This document shows, one piece after another, positions 34,220 to 45,550 of a stretch of 64,000 nucleotides of DNA. Position numbers and translations under genes: made by a program. This stretch comes from Mantamonas sphyraenae STR306 (lineage: Eukaryota > Protista > CRuMs). The notes beneath the pieces were generated by a model. That model made no database searches, was not told where the DNA came from, and saw nothing but the letters and a program-made list of their open reading frames with translations. The stretch covers positions 549,503 through 613,502 of the forward strand of contig JAPMXV010000043.1 of assembly GCA_026936335.1 (NCBI GenBank), given 5' to 3'. The first letter of the stretch is position 1. Every line of letters begins with the position of its first letter.

Positions 34220-35565
34220 ATGGTGAGTGAGGGTTGGATTGGATGGAGTGGAGATGGAGGAACGACGACGTGGGTGTGGAAGACAGAGAGAGAGAGAAAG
34301 AGAGAGAGAGAGAGGAAAGGAAGTGGGGACTGACCCAATGGTGTGTGCGTGTATGTGCTGCAAAGTCGAGCGGATTCTTTCGTGGAGCCTCGGCGTCGCA
34401 AGATGCACGGTTTGCAGACAAGGAGAAGAAGCTGCTGAAGACGATGAAATTTCCGCCCGAGTACGATGCGTTGAAGGTAAAGGTGAAACGGGCAAGGGGC
34501 AAGAGATCGGGAGAAGGGAAGCGGCGGTGAACTGACACGAGTGTTGGCTGGACGTATTTGGCGCGCGGGAACCAGGTGGACATGAAGAAGGTGAAGCTGG
34601 CAGTGATGAAGCCGTGGGTGGAAAAGAAACTGGAGGAGCTGCTGGGATTCGAGGACGATGTGTTGTTTACGTACGTGATGGAGATGCTGGAGAACCCGGA
34701 AGGTGGAGAGGCAGGGGTCACGAACGCCGAAGTGGATCCGAGGAAGCTGCAGATCTATCTCACGGGCTTTCTGGAACACAACGCAGTGGACTTTGTGAAA
34801 GAACTGTGGGCGCTGCTTGCTAGCGCCAGTGCAGAGGAAACAGGAATCCCGAGGCCGTTCCTGGAGGCGGAAAAGGCAAAGCTGGCGGCGCAACTTGCGG
34901 AAACTGAGCGGGTACAACGGGAGCTGAGGGAACGGTCGCAGAGGGCAATGCGAGAGAGGCAAGCACAACATAGTGGCAGCAGAGGTAGTGGGTCGGGTTG
35001 GGATCGTGTGGAGGGTGGACGAGGGTGGGAGGAGAGAAGGCGAGGGAGGAGTGAGCGAGGCGGGTGGGAGCGCGATAGGAGAGATTCGAGGGAGTACCGC
35101 GGTAGGAGGGAATATCAGCAGCACTGGGAGCGAGAGAGGAGCAGGGAGAGGTACCACCGTGACCTGGAGCGGGAAAGGTGGGAGAGGCGTGGAAGGCAGC
35201 CACGTGAGGGTGAAGGGAGGCAGGAGGGGGGAGAGTACGATGAGTTTGGGAGGCGGCGAAGGATTGGAGAGAGAGAAGAGAGCGGGAGGAAGCGGGAACG
35301 GGTGGGGGTGGAGCAAAGTCGGACCGAGGCAAAGCGGGCGCGTGTAGAGGAGGTGGACGAAGAGAAGGAAAGCGGAGAAGCCAAGGCGAAGGCGGGGAGC
35401 AGTGTTGGACGTGGTGGGGGGACTGGCCAAGACATGGCCAAGGCGGAAGAGGAGTTGCAGGCGCTGGTGGAAGAAACGTTGCAGGGAGTGGATGGCGTCG
35501 GGAACAGCGGCACAGCAAGAGAGATTGAGACCAAGGTGGAGCCAGTGGCGTCGAATGAAGAGTGA
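34220..35565 (+). CDS. SRRM1: PWI-domain SR-related splicing protein (SRRM1/SRm160-like)
   Basis: Spliced M-SSGFFRGASASQDARFADKEKKLLKTMKFP..KVDMKKVKLAVMKPWV..LLGFEDDV..DPRKLQIYLTGFL; RE/RS-rich tail; ATG-only first exon. Confidence 0.9.
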
Positions 35566-35659
35566 GGTGGCATGGAAGGGGAATTGGAGATGTGAGAAGT
35601 GAGTGTGCGTGCCGGCGCGCCATGTGCGTCAACCAAAAGCGAAAACAAAGGCGAACGCC

Positions 35660-37048
35660 ATGTCTTTCAGCGACATTGATAACGGCAGGGGACGCCGTGG
35701 AGGGTATGGCGCTACAAGTGGACGTGGAACGGGCAGTGATGGAGACTCGCAGTACATCCGGTGAGTGGAAAGAAAGGAACGGCAAAGGGGGACAATGCAC
35801 ACGTCGCTCACACGGTCAACAGTGAGGCACAGGCGATCGAAACAAACATCCAACGGATTGCACGCAACTCAAAGGCCATCGAGGACATGGTGAATCGGCT
35901 GGGGACGAACAAGGACACGGAGGACATGCGTACGAAACTGTGCGTGGATTGTGCGGGCAACGGAGGAATTCCCCTTGTGCAGTAGAAGGGAGATGGGAGA
36001 CTGACACCTTGGGGGATGTGGTCGTGGGCGTGTGGATGACGGGTTGGATGGATGTGGACGACGGGCGGGACGTACGGGTGTGTGGGGGACGTGGGATGGC
36101 GCAGGGACCGCGTGTCGATGCAAACACAGCAGCTGGCAAAAGAGACGGCGGGCAAAATCAAGCAGCTGACGTCGTTCGACGGCGGATCGCTCAAGGAAAA
36201 CGTAGGTGACAAATCAAAGTGGAGCCGGGGGAAAGAGAAATGTGTGTGACGGGGGGCAGCAGGGTTGTACTCGCCCAGGAGGCAGGCGGTACGGAAAGCG
36301 GGGCCATTGCACCCTCTGGTGGAGAAAGGGAGGCCAAGCTGAAGGGGAACGAGGACTTTCAAGGGTGTGCATGGAGACAAGGGGATGTGTGAATGGGATG
36401 ACGTGCTACGCATGTGGGTGCACATCGAGGTGCAGGAGAGCAAAGCGCTGACACGGGTGTGGGAAATGCCCGAGAGTGCAGAAGGCGCGAGCGGGACAGC
36501 GGTCGAAGCTGCAGGGAGACTTTAAGGAGGTGTTGAAGCAGTTTGAAATGGTGGCACGTGCATCGATGGAGAAGCAGAAGAAGACTGTGGCAGCGTCGCG
36601 GTCTGCAAGCATGAAGAGGGGTGGCGGTCGAGGTGGACGCGGGGGCGGCTACGATGTAGAGGCGCCGCTGGATGAACGGAACCCGGAAAAGACATCCCTG
36701 CTGGACGATCACCAGCGACAGCAGCAGTTGATGCTGGACAACGAGATCGAGTACACAGAAGCAGTTCTGATGGAGCGTGAGGAGGCGATTGAAGACGTGG
36801 CCGCGGCTGTGGAGGAAGTGAACGGGATCATGAAGGATCTGCACGTGCTTGTGCGCGGACAGGGTGAACAGATCGACAACATCGAGTCGATGGCGATCAA
36901 GGCGAACCAGAACACGTCCAAGGGAGTCACGGAACTGCAGAGTGCGTCCAAGTATCAGAAGAGCAAGCGCAACAAGATCTGCATCCTGCTGGTCATTATC
37001 CTCATTGTCGGAGGCGTTTCTCTGCTCCTGGTGCTGCCAAACAAGTGA
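35660..37048 (+). CDS. STX7: Qa-SNARE syntaxin-7/Pep12/Vam3-like
   Basis: LGTNKDTEDMR Habc segment, SNARE motif EREEAIEDV..VNGIMKDL..QGEQIDNIE, C-terminal TM. Confidence 0.85.
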
Positions 37049-37076
37049 GTGTGCGTGTTGAGAATGCAATTTTTGG

Positions 37077-38740
37077 TCAAAAATCCAATCGCCGCGCGGC
37101 AGTGTCGTCGGGCAATTGACTGAGTTCGGGAAACATGTTGTCGACGTCAGCATCGAGGAGATAGGGTTCGTCTTCGATGTCCGCCTCGAGATCGTCGTCG
37201 TCGTCGTCTGCGGTAAGGTTGTGCAATTCCTCGTCTTCGTCTGTGCTGACCCTGCTGTACTTGACGTGTTTGCCCGTGCCAGACACGCCTGGGTTTCCAA
37301 ACAAACTCCAGCGCCGTGTGCTTCCACTTCCTGGTGGATTGCCGCCAAAGAGGCGTGTGAGCGGCGAGGCAGGAGAGTGTTTGTGCGTACTGTGTGCACG
37401 AGGGACACGTGCATTGTCATCGTCTTCACTGTCCAGACCGTCTTGATCGCGATCTGCGTTGTCGCTGTGTCCATCCTCGGGGTCCGCGTCGACGTGGCTG
37501 CCAAGCTTGCCGTCGAGGAGGAAGCGGATTGTTTCCATGCGCTTCTTCTCCTTGAGCTGCTCAAACTTGAGGTTGGAGTACCAAAGAAAGGCAGCAACGG
37601 CAACGAGAGTGCCGATCCAGTTGATGAGGGTGAGCTGTGTGTGAAAAAGCGGAATGGAGATGTAGACAAGGAGGATGACCTTTGCGCCGCCGAGGATGAC
37701 GCTGGTGACGCTGCTGGTGTCCTTGATAAGCAGAAAGTGGACCCAGGTGTAGACGACGGCAAAGATGGAGCTGGTGAGGAGAACAAAGAGGGTGACGGAG
37801 GCGTTGGCGGCGGTGTAGGCCCAAAAGGCGTCTGCCTCGAGGGAGGTAAAGACAGGGATGAGCATGAGGGAGGCCGGCAAGGCGGTGGTGAGGGTGATGG
37901 AAAGTAAGCTGAGCTGGGTGTTCTCCAGCAGGAGGGCAGAGACAAGGGTCTTTGCGACAGCAAGGAGCATGGAGAGAACAGCGCAGAGGAAGCCGATCTA
38001 TGGGGAGGGTGTGGGGGCATATTTTCTGTGTGAGTGAGCGAAGGGGATGGATGTTGGACGGAAGGGCGAGCGGGGCCATGGGCAAGGGGAAAGGCACGCA
38101 CAGTGTCAAAGTCGGGGTTGCGGAACACGGTCAAGATGCAGCCGAGGACGATGATGACGCTGGATAAATACATGCGAGCAGAGAAGTGCTTGCCTTCAAA
38201 GAGGCGTGCGACAATCATCTGGAAGAAGGGCATGGTGCTCTTGACAATCTGGTTGAGGGAGAGGGAGACGCGGACGAGGGAGGCATTTTCAAAGACGAGG
38301 TCGAAGCCGTGGAGGGCGGAGAGGAGGACGAGCATCTTCCAGTGAGAGTGAAGCACGGCCTTGTCGGCGTGAACGGTGTTTGCGTGGCTCCTGCTGTGGG
38401 AGCAGCTGTACAGGACGAGTAGGCAGACGAAAGAGGTGACCAGGAGGTTGAGGGCAATGAGGGCGACGGGAAAGGTGAAGCCGAGGCTGGCAAACACCCA
38501 CTTATTGTAAAAGTTGAAGCCGAGATTGAGGACGAGCCATAGGAGGACAGTGCGGGAGGATTTGATGAGACCCGGGCGAAAGGAAAGGGAGGAGGTGAGG
38601 TCCTGGCTGCCCGAGGTGAGAAGGCCGTCGGTACTGTGCAGAGAGTGGAGGGATCCTGTGGAGGCCTTGCTGTCGGACCGGCCTCGGGTCTGTGGAGGCT
38701 GTGGGAGGGTGTCGTCGGCCGTTGGGTCGTCGTCGGACAT
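37077..38740 (-). CDS. Triose-phosphate/nucleotide-sugar transporter family (SLC35-like)
   Basis: NFYNKWVF..FTFP, ENASLVRVSLSLNQIVKSTMP, TSSVTSVILGGAK; one intron at roughly 37999-38101. Confidence 0.87.
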
Positions 38741-38767
38741 GGAAGCGCGGGGAGAGGTGGTTGTTTG

Positions 38768-38957
38768 TACACTGCGTTCGGGGCAAACTGAGTCAGCGCT
38801 TTTCCAACGAGTGAAAAGAAACGGGTGGCACGTCTCGCGCGCCTGGCCTTTACAGCATTGTAATTGTTGGTCACTTACTTGTTTGTGGAAGTGGGGTAGC
38901 TGGTCAACACCCTCGGATCACGTCTCACTCTCAATGTGCACACACGCGCGCGCGTTG
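38768..38957 (-). ncRNA. Candidate Fanzor omegaRNA scaffold
   Basis: Non-coding 190 nt between the stop codon and the right end, with serial hairpins on the minus strand: TTACA-ATGC-TGTAA, GGCGCG-CGAGA-CGTGCC, CTTTTC-n8-GAAAAG. This is the canonical position for TnpB/Fanzor omegaRNA. Confidence 0.55.
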
Positions 38958-41900
38958 TCACTCTTTGCCGTTGTCATCGTAGTCATCATCGTCACCGTCC
39001 TCGTCGCCCCCGCACATGCCTCTGTAGTCTTTCCTCGTTTGTCGCGTCCTTCCCCCGTTCAAGATGTTGCGTTCATCTATTCCGTCCATGTTGACAACAC
39101 CGTCGCAGTCGTCACTCCGTTTCTGGGTATCATGCCGCTTGCCTTGTCTTCGAGCCTTCTTCTTGGTGCTTGCAGATGATCTGCTGCTTGTGGCTGAGCT
39201 GCTGCTTGTGGCTGAGCTGCTGCTTGTGGCTGAGCTGCTGCTTGCGGCCGAGCTGCTGCTTGTGGCCGAGCTGGCCTGCTTTTCAGACGTAAACGCTTTC
39301 GGACGCATTCCACACACAACCCTTGAGAGAAAGATGACAGCAATGGCGTGCGCACTGTTCGTGTCTCTGTGGAATGGTACGTTGGATGCAGGCAGTGAAG
39401 CAGCAGCGAACGCGTGTGCCTTTTGCGATGCTGCCTCTGTTGGCACGCCACACTTGCATACCTTTCGGCGTCCAAACGGTGCGTAGGACTCCGAGAATTC
39501 GTGAAAGTCTGCCTTGCGCAAGCACACACTGCATCTCTGAGTCGTCCCAGTCTCATTTATCACAAAAGTGGGCATCAGATTGGCGAGTTGCCGAGCAGCT
39601 TTGCTCACCGTGGCAGGTCCTCCACCGGTCCAGTTTCCAAGGACTGCAGCTTGGTACTTGCACCCCTTTATGGTCGCAAACAAGCCCAGTTCCCTAGCTT
39701 CTTGGTTCTCAGCGGTCCTTGCCCGTGCCTTCATCAGCGCGGTCGCTCTCCTGTGCTTGCTTGTGTTTACCATGGCGTCGTCTTGCGCGTGTGCATTCAC
39801 TGCGTGTCTGCCTTGCTGTGCTTGGATCTGGTAGTTGCTGTGCCTGCCACTTGCATACGAGTAACCCAACAAAAATTTACCCATTCGCGTTTCGCGCTCC
39901 TGTTCACCAGCAAGCACAAACAGCCTCGTGGTGTCGGTTGTGGCACCCGGGTCTCTCAAACTGATCGCCATTTCCTCCAACAACTGTACCGTCAGCTGCT
40001 CGTACGCACCGTTGCTCGGTGGCCTCTGCAAATGCCCCTCTCGGAAAACTCCCGTCAGTGGTCTCGAGGTTGGCGCACTATGGTGTAACTGCGTCGGAAA
40101 GTTGTTGTTCACAACTCCGTCTTCGTCGTCAGCAAACACCATGCGCGCCGTGTACCACAGGCAGAAGTACCGGATCGTGGCCTTCGCTCTTTTCAGTTCA
40201 CCGGTCTCTGGATCCTCCTTGTTGTCCTCCTTGTTGTCCTCGCCCTCCTCCGCGTCCAGCTCTTCGTTGTCCTCCTCGTTGTCCTCGTCCGCGTCGTCAC
40301 CGTCGTCCTCAATGTCGTCCCCGTCGTCTTCCTCGACGACCAGATCCCCACCTCCGCCGCCCTTTACCTCCTTGTACGCAACCTCGATGTCCTTCAGCAG
40401 CTTCTTCCACCGGCTCTTTCGACGGTACTTGCCATGAAACACCTCCAAAAGAGTCAACTTCTTCTTGTTCCACAGCTCCCCAGGTAAGCGAAGCCTGTTC
40501 ACCACGAGTGCCACGTAGCCAGGCTGCACCGTCAGCCCGCGCAGTGCACACAGTTCTTTGTTCCGTTTGGTTGACAGCGATGGTTGCAGTAGCACCGCCC
40601 AGAACCGGTGCCTGCGTAGGCACACGCCTGACACGTTGATTGGCTGAATGGAGTTTGCAGCCACCTTGTCGCCTTGGTTGTCAAGGGGAACGCCGTGTGG
40701 AGAATGCGTTGTCATGCGTGAGTACATCCAGGAAAGCCATCGTGTGAGCACAACATCCTCCGTTTGCGCACTTGTTTTGCTGCATGCACGTGCGCACTCC
40801 GTCCACCGTTGCAGCCACTCATTGTCTTGCAGGATGGCGCACCGTTCGACCTCCTTCACCGTCATCTGCAGCAGATACACGCCCAATGTGCTCGACACCG
40901 TCAGTTTCCTTGTGTACGAGAAGGAATTTGCGTTGTGCTCGTTTGCCTTTTCAACCGCCGCCGCTGCAAGCAAATTCGCCCACACCACTGTGTCCATCAC
41001 CGTCACACGGGACTTGCCCGCAACAAGAGTCTTCCAGACCTTCTTCCTCCTCTTGATCTCCTGCGCCAGTCGGTCCAGCTCTTCCTCCTTGCAACCCTCA
41101 CCAAACACAAGCAGCTTTGTACTCTTGTTGGCAAGCAGGGTGTGCTTGAATTGCTTCTGCATATCCTCACCCAACACAGTGCCGAAGGTCTCGTGAAGCT
41201 GCTTGGTGCTGATGTCCTTGGGCATCACCGCGGCCAACATGGCCTCCACTCTCCTGCTCGCCACAGTCGCTTTCACCATTGCCAGCACGTCCTTTGCGGC
41301 ACGTGTGATCAACGGCGTCAGAGCTGCTCTCCGCACTTTGTGTAGTTTGCGGATTGCATCTGCTGTCTCGTCAGTAGGTAGGTGGAAAACGACCGGAACG
41401 GCATCGCTCGCGCCTTGGTCATCCTCACCCTCGTCCACCTCCTCCACCTCCTCACCCTCGTCCACCACCTCCACCTCTTCCACCTCCTCACCCTCGTCCA
41501 CCACCTCCACCTCTTCCACCTCCTCAACAGCCTCTGACGCCACCCACTCCCCGGTATCCTCCGGTTCCGGCAGCTGCTGCTGCACTTTCTCCCAAACCCA
41601 CCTGCCACTCAGCGTCACCGTCTCGTTCTCTGCGATGCAGGCGTCCTTGAACAACACAAGCAGGTGACGCACCAATGTTTGGTTACACAGAACACTGCCT
41701 TCAATGCACAAGGGGTCGTCCTTGGCGTCCTGCTGCTGCGGATCGACACGATCGGCCGCTTGCGCCGACGCCAGCATCAGCGCATCCTCCAGGTGCTCCT
41801 GCAGGAGAGCATGAAAACACGACATGAGCCATGCGTACGCCTCTTGCGCTAGCATGAGTGCTTTTTTCCCGTGTTCGTTCACCAGCAGAGCGGCCTGCGC

Positions 41901-44766
41901 TGCCTCAAGGTCCCCGTTCAAACCAGCAACTGTGTTCGCGAGGCCGGCACGCTGTCTTATGGCCTGGTCCAATTCGTGCTCACGCTCCAAGTAGCGTTTT
42001 TCACCCTCAATGAGCACTTCAAGTTCTTCGGCAGGCAGTTCCTGGGGAAAATGAACCATCTCCTCCTCCTCCAACTCCCACTTCTTTTGACTGCCTTCCC
42101 CCGCCTGTACGTCATCACCGTGGTTGTTCCACTCCACAAACATGTCCACGAAGCCTTTCGCCACGGCGGCTGCATGCTCCCCCAGCTCAGTGCCAACAAC
42201 CTCGATTGTTCCCTCTTGCGCCATCACGCGCATGTTCTCCGTGGCCATGGCCAGGTCTTTGAACTTCTGTGCTTTGGCCGATTTGAGGAGTCGGACGTAA
42301 CGCATCCACACCTGCTCCAGTTCTGATTGACGGCTGCGCACACTGGCCCACGCAATCACCACCTCGTCCTCGTCGACACTCATCTCACCTGCGGATTCTG
42401 GCTGTTCCTGCGCCATCTGGCCCGTAGAGAGTGCGTCCACCAACGGGATGCCAGCAGCCAGGTACACGGGACGAGCCCGTCTCGCACCTCCCGCGTCCTT
42501 TGATGATCCCGTCCCCGAGGCCGTGGACATCGCGGCCGCGGCCATTGCATCCTCATCCTGAGACAACTCGTCCTGCATGCCGTATTGGAAGCAGAATTCA
42601 GCTACACGCTCTGGCATGCGCTCGTTGTTGTTGTCCGCCATGGCGTTGACCAAAACGGCCGCATCGTTGTCGACCCCTCCGAACGTTGCTGTGGTCGCAA
42701 TGGCGCTTCTGCACGAGTCCATGACTTCTTCCTTCCTATCATCTTTTAGCGCCTCCATGACGGCCCGCAAGCACTTATGCAGCGGCGCAGACACGTGGTC
42801 TAAGTCGATCTTTGCCAGCGCAGCAGATGCCACGTTTGTCCACTCCTGGGCTGCAGATGCCACGTCCTGCGCGGTCGGCACATCGCACGCCGCGGCGGCT
42901 GCGCACACGACGCACACCATAGCCATCGCCCTTGCGTCGTCGTGCATGGTGTGGCGGTGGCCAGTGCGAAGGGGGGGAGGCAACATCGCTCGGGTTGTTG
43001 CCTGGGCTGCCAGAACCACGTGAAGTTGTCCATTGCTGCTTAGCACCATACTTCCGTCTTGTGTGGTGTGATACTCATACGTGGATTCCTCCAGGATTGT
43101 GGCCAACTCGTCCTTGTCGAGGGCCGACATCCGCTTCTCCGCAAACGGGGCAGCGAGCGTACAGGCATACAAGCGCATCCGCCGCTCTGCAGTTGAGCCA
43201 CTTCGCATGGTGGTATCGAACGCCTCCCATTTCCCGTCGCTTGCATGCTGCAGCTTTGTTTCCTCGCCTTCCAGCGCCGCTGCGTCCAAACGCAGCAGCG
43301 TCTTGCCACGGCTCCATTCACGGTTGTATCCGGTCTTATCTCCTTGCACCGCCCGTTTAAACGCATCACACGTGCGCAGCAGTGCCGAAAACAGCGCATT
43401 GGACGGTGCTTCGGTAGCGCCCAGGTCTATTGCGTCGAATTCGTCGGCAGCACTCAGCCTCCTCAGCCCAAGGAGCTTGCGGACCGTAGGTAGCGCAGCC
43501 GCGCATGTGTGCTTGGCCTTGGACAGCCGATCGTCCATGTTGCCTGCCAGTGCAAGCAGGGCCAGGGCCAAGCGCGCAGGCTGGGGAACGATGAACGTCT
43601 TTGCCGTTGTCCACGAGACCACTGCGATTTCCATGCTCACCTGGGGTGCCATGCGCATGTAATCGCTGTCTTCGCTTATGACCACGATACGCTCGTCCGA
43701 ACAGGACATACACAGGTCCTGGAACACATCGTCCGCCTCGAGTCTTTGATGCCCGTGCTTCTCTTCATAGACGCAGATGCCATCTCTACTAGCACACCAG
43801 CTGGTTGCCACCTTGCGCACATGCTCCCAGTAAACGGCACTGCCGTACCTCATCTCGTTCTGGTGACCACGGTCGGTGTGAGTTTCACATATCACAAATT
43901 CACAATCACCGAGTCGGGGACGTCTCTCCGGCAGCCACTCACCCTCTCCTCTGTTGGGCGCCCGTATTCCTCTTTCAGCATTTGCTTCCTCCAATGGGGC
44001 CATTTGACATGCTGAAACTCCGTCAGAAGAGCCTCGTTCCTGGGGCGTCTCTCGAGCAGCAGAACGAACTCTGTGTTTGCCGCCTGTGCAGTGGATTGCA
44101 GCAGCTGCAGCCGCTTCTCAACCGCTTCTTTCACCTTGTCCTTGGTGATTTCACCCCCCCTTTTGCGCAACCGTTTCCCGAACAGCGCCTGCGGCCCAAC
44201 TGTGGTTTGCACGTTTTTTTTTTCGCGTGTGATCATGATCACGAAAAACAAACGTGTGTGTGTCAGAAACGGCCGTTTACCGCACGATACAGAAGGTGTG
44301 GTGACAAATACAATGACACGGGACACTTACTACGCCCAGCTGCATCCATGTACGTCGTTGTTCGTGCCCCGGACTCTCCATCCGTGTTGTGGGCGCTGCG
44401 AATGGCGGCGATTCTGGCCTGCTGGTCTACCACGGCCTTATTCTTCCCCTTCTTTGTTCGTTTCGTACGCGTAGTGTGCAAGCACACCTGACCACCCGCA
44501 TTCTTCACTTCATTGCGTAATCTGCTCTTGCCCTTGCTCCCTTGTTTCCACTCGCAGGTGCCGTAGTACTCCGTGAGCGTCTGTGTGCACTTGTTGTCAA
44601 AGAGAATGAGCTGATCCTTCTTCTCTGCAGTGGCCACAAACGTGGGTGCGTCCTTTGGTACGTGCAACCCACCCGCCTGCTGGTCAGAACTGTTCTGCTC
44701 CGTCGCGAAAGATGATGCGACAGACATTCGAACTTCGGCAGCAGGCGGGTGTTTCCTTGCATCCAT
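38958..44766 (-). CDS. XPG/FEN1-like PIN nuclease fused to a Fanzor (TnpB-like) RNA-guided RuvC nuclease, ~1864 aa, 3 exons
   Basis: Exons 44766-44331, 44199-43943, 43859-38958. RuvC-I LRDPG, RuvC-II VINETGTTQRCSVC, Zn ribbon CSVC..CKC, RuvC-III HRDTNSAHAI, terminal RPKAF. PIN motifs TYMDAA, FVLLLERRP, LEADD, VISEDSDY, LALAGNMD. Confidence 0.85.
39181..39272. repeat. 18-bp coding tandem repeat (SSSATS) in the Fanzor C-terminal tail
   Basis: ctgctgcttgtggctgag repeated about 5 times. Confidence 0.9.
41423..41525. repeat. 36-bp acidic coding repeat (EEVEEVEVVDEG) in the PIN-Fanzor linker
   Basis: ctcaccctcgtccaccacctccacctcttccacctc repeated about 2.7 times. Confidence 0.85.
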
Positions 44767-45550
44767 GTTCGACTCGATTCCTTCTTCACTTCAGCATGGG
44801 CAACATGTCTGCACATTAGCAACAGCAAGCGCCTTGGCAGGGTGAGGCCTGCGAGTTGCAGAGGCCTTTCAGTCCATTGCGCGTGTGCGCATGAACTGCG
44901 CACACATGCACAGAGAGATGTACAAGGACACAGACCGAGCCACTGAGACACAGTGTGAGACAAATCCACCATACATCCTTCCAAAACAATAAGCTACGGC
45001 ATACCGCTCCCGAATCAGTGATTTGCGTTCGTGTAGCCTACGGAGCTGAGAAGCATGGCCCAGGAGCTGATCCACATACCGAGAACAGGTCAGCATCACT
45101 CCCAGTACAAAGCCCGCTACGGTGGATACATGCTTCCGCAGAACACGCACATCACTTTGAGTTGGTGGAAAGGTGTTGGGAGGTGAACTGGACTGACGGG
45201 TGGCCGCACGCTGCCATGCCATGCTGTGCTTCTTCCTCACTCCAGCCTGAGTCCAACTCGCATGCATGTACCACACAGTGTGGTGCGTCACTCTCGCTAG
45301 CTCAACTCTACTTCACGCTGTCCACGTCACGTGTCGCCGGCCTTCCTGGATAAGGGCAAAACGTTGCCCACGCAAGTGCACCAACCAATGACACAAGCAA
45401 TATGGAAGGGCATTGTTGTGTGCAAACGCATGCCTTGCCAAAAAAGGAGTCAGCAATCGCCACATTGGCAGCGAGCGGGATTGCGGCGCAAGGCTCAACT
45501 TGACCAGAACGGCCTGTAAGGAAGAGCGCGTGCTCGGCCAAAGACGCAGG

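Larger units (their letters stand above)
38770..45516 (-). mobile_element. Non-autonomous TIR DNA transposon (TA TSD, Tc1/mariner-like ends) carrying a PIN-Fanzor gene
   Basis: TA at 38768-38769 and 45517-45518. Ends CACTGCGTTCGGGGCAAACTGAGTC versus revcomp CAGGCCGTTCTGGTCAAGTTGAGCC are 17/25 identical without gaps. Removal leaves a 61-bp gap between two divergent host ATGs. Strand skew is opposite to the flanks. Confidence 0.8.

Noticed and set aside
43943-44003. ORF-track start MAPLEEANAERG for the 1681-aa protein
   Set aside because: This N-terminus reads through an intron in the wrong frame; the spliced model restores the XPG-N motifs.
44869-45291. 140-aa ORF in the left part of the Fanzor element as a transposase remnant
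   Set aside because: No HTH or DDE/DDD motif recognisable; more likely promoter or 5' UTR.
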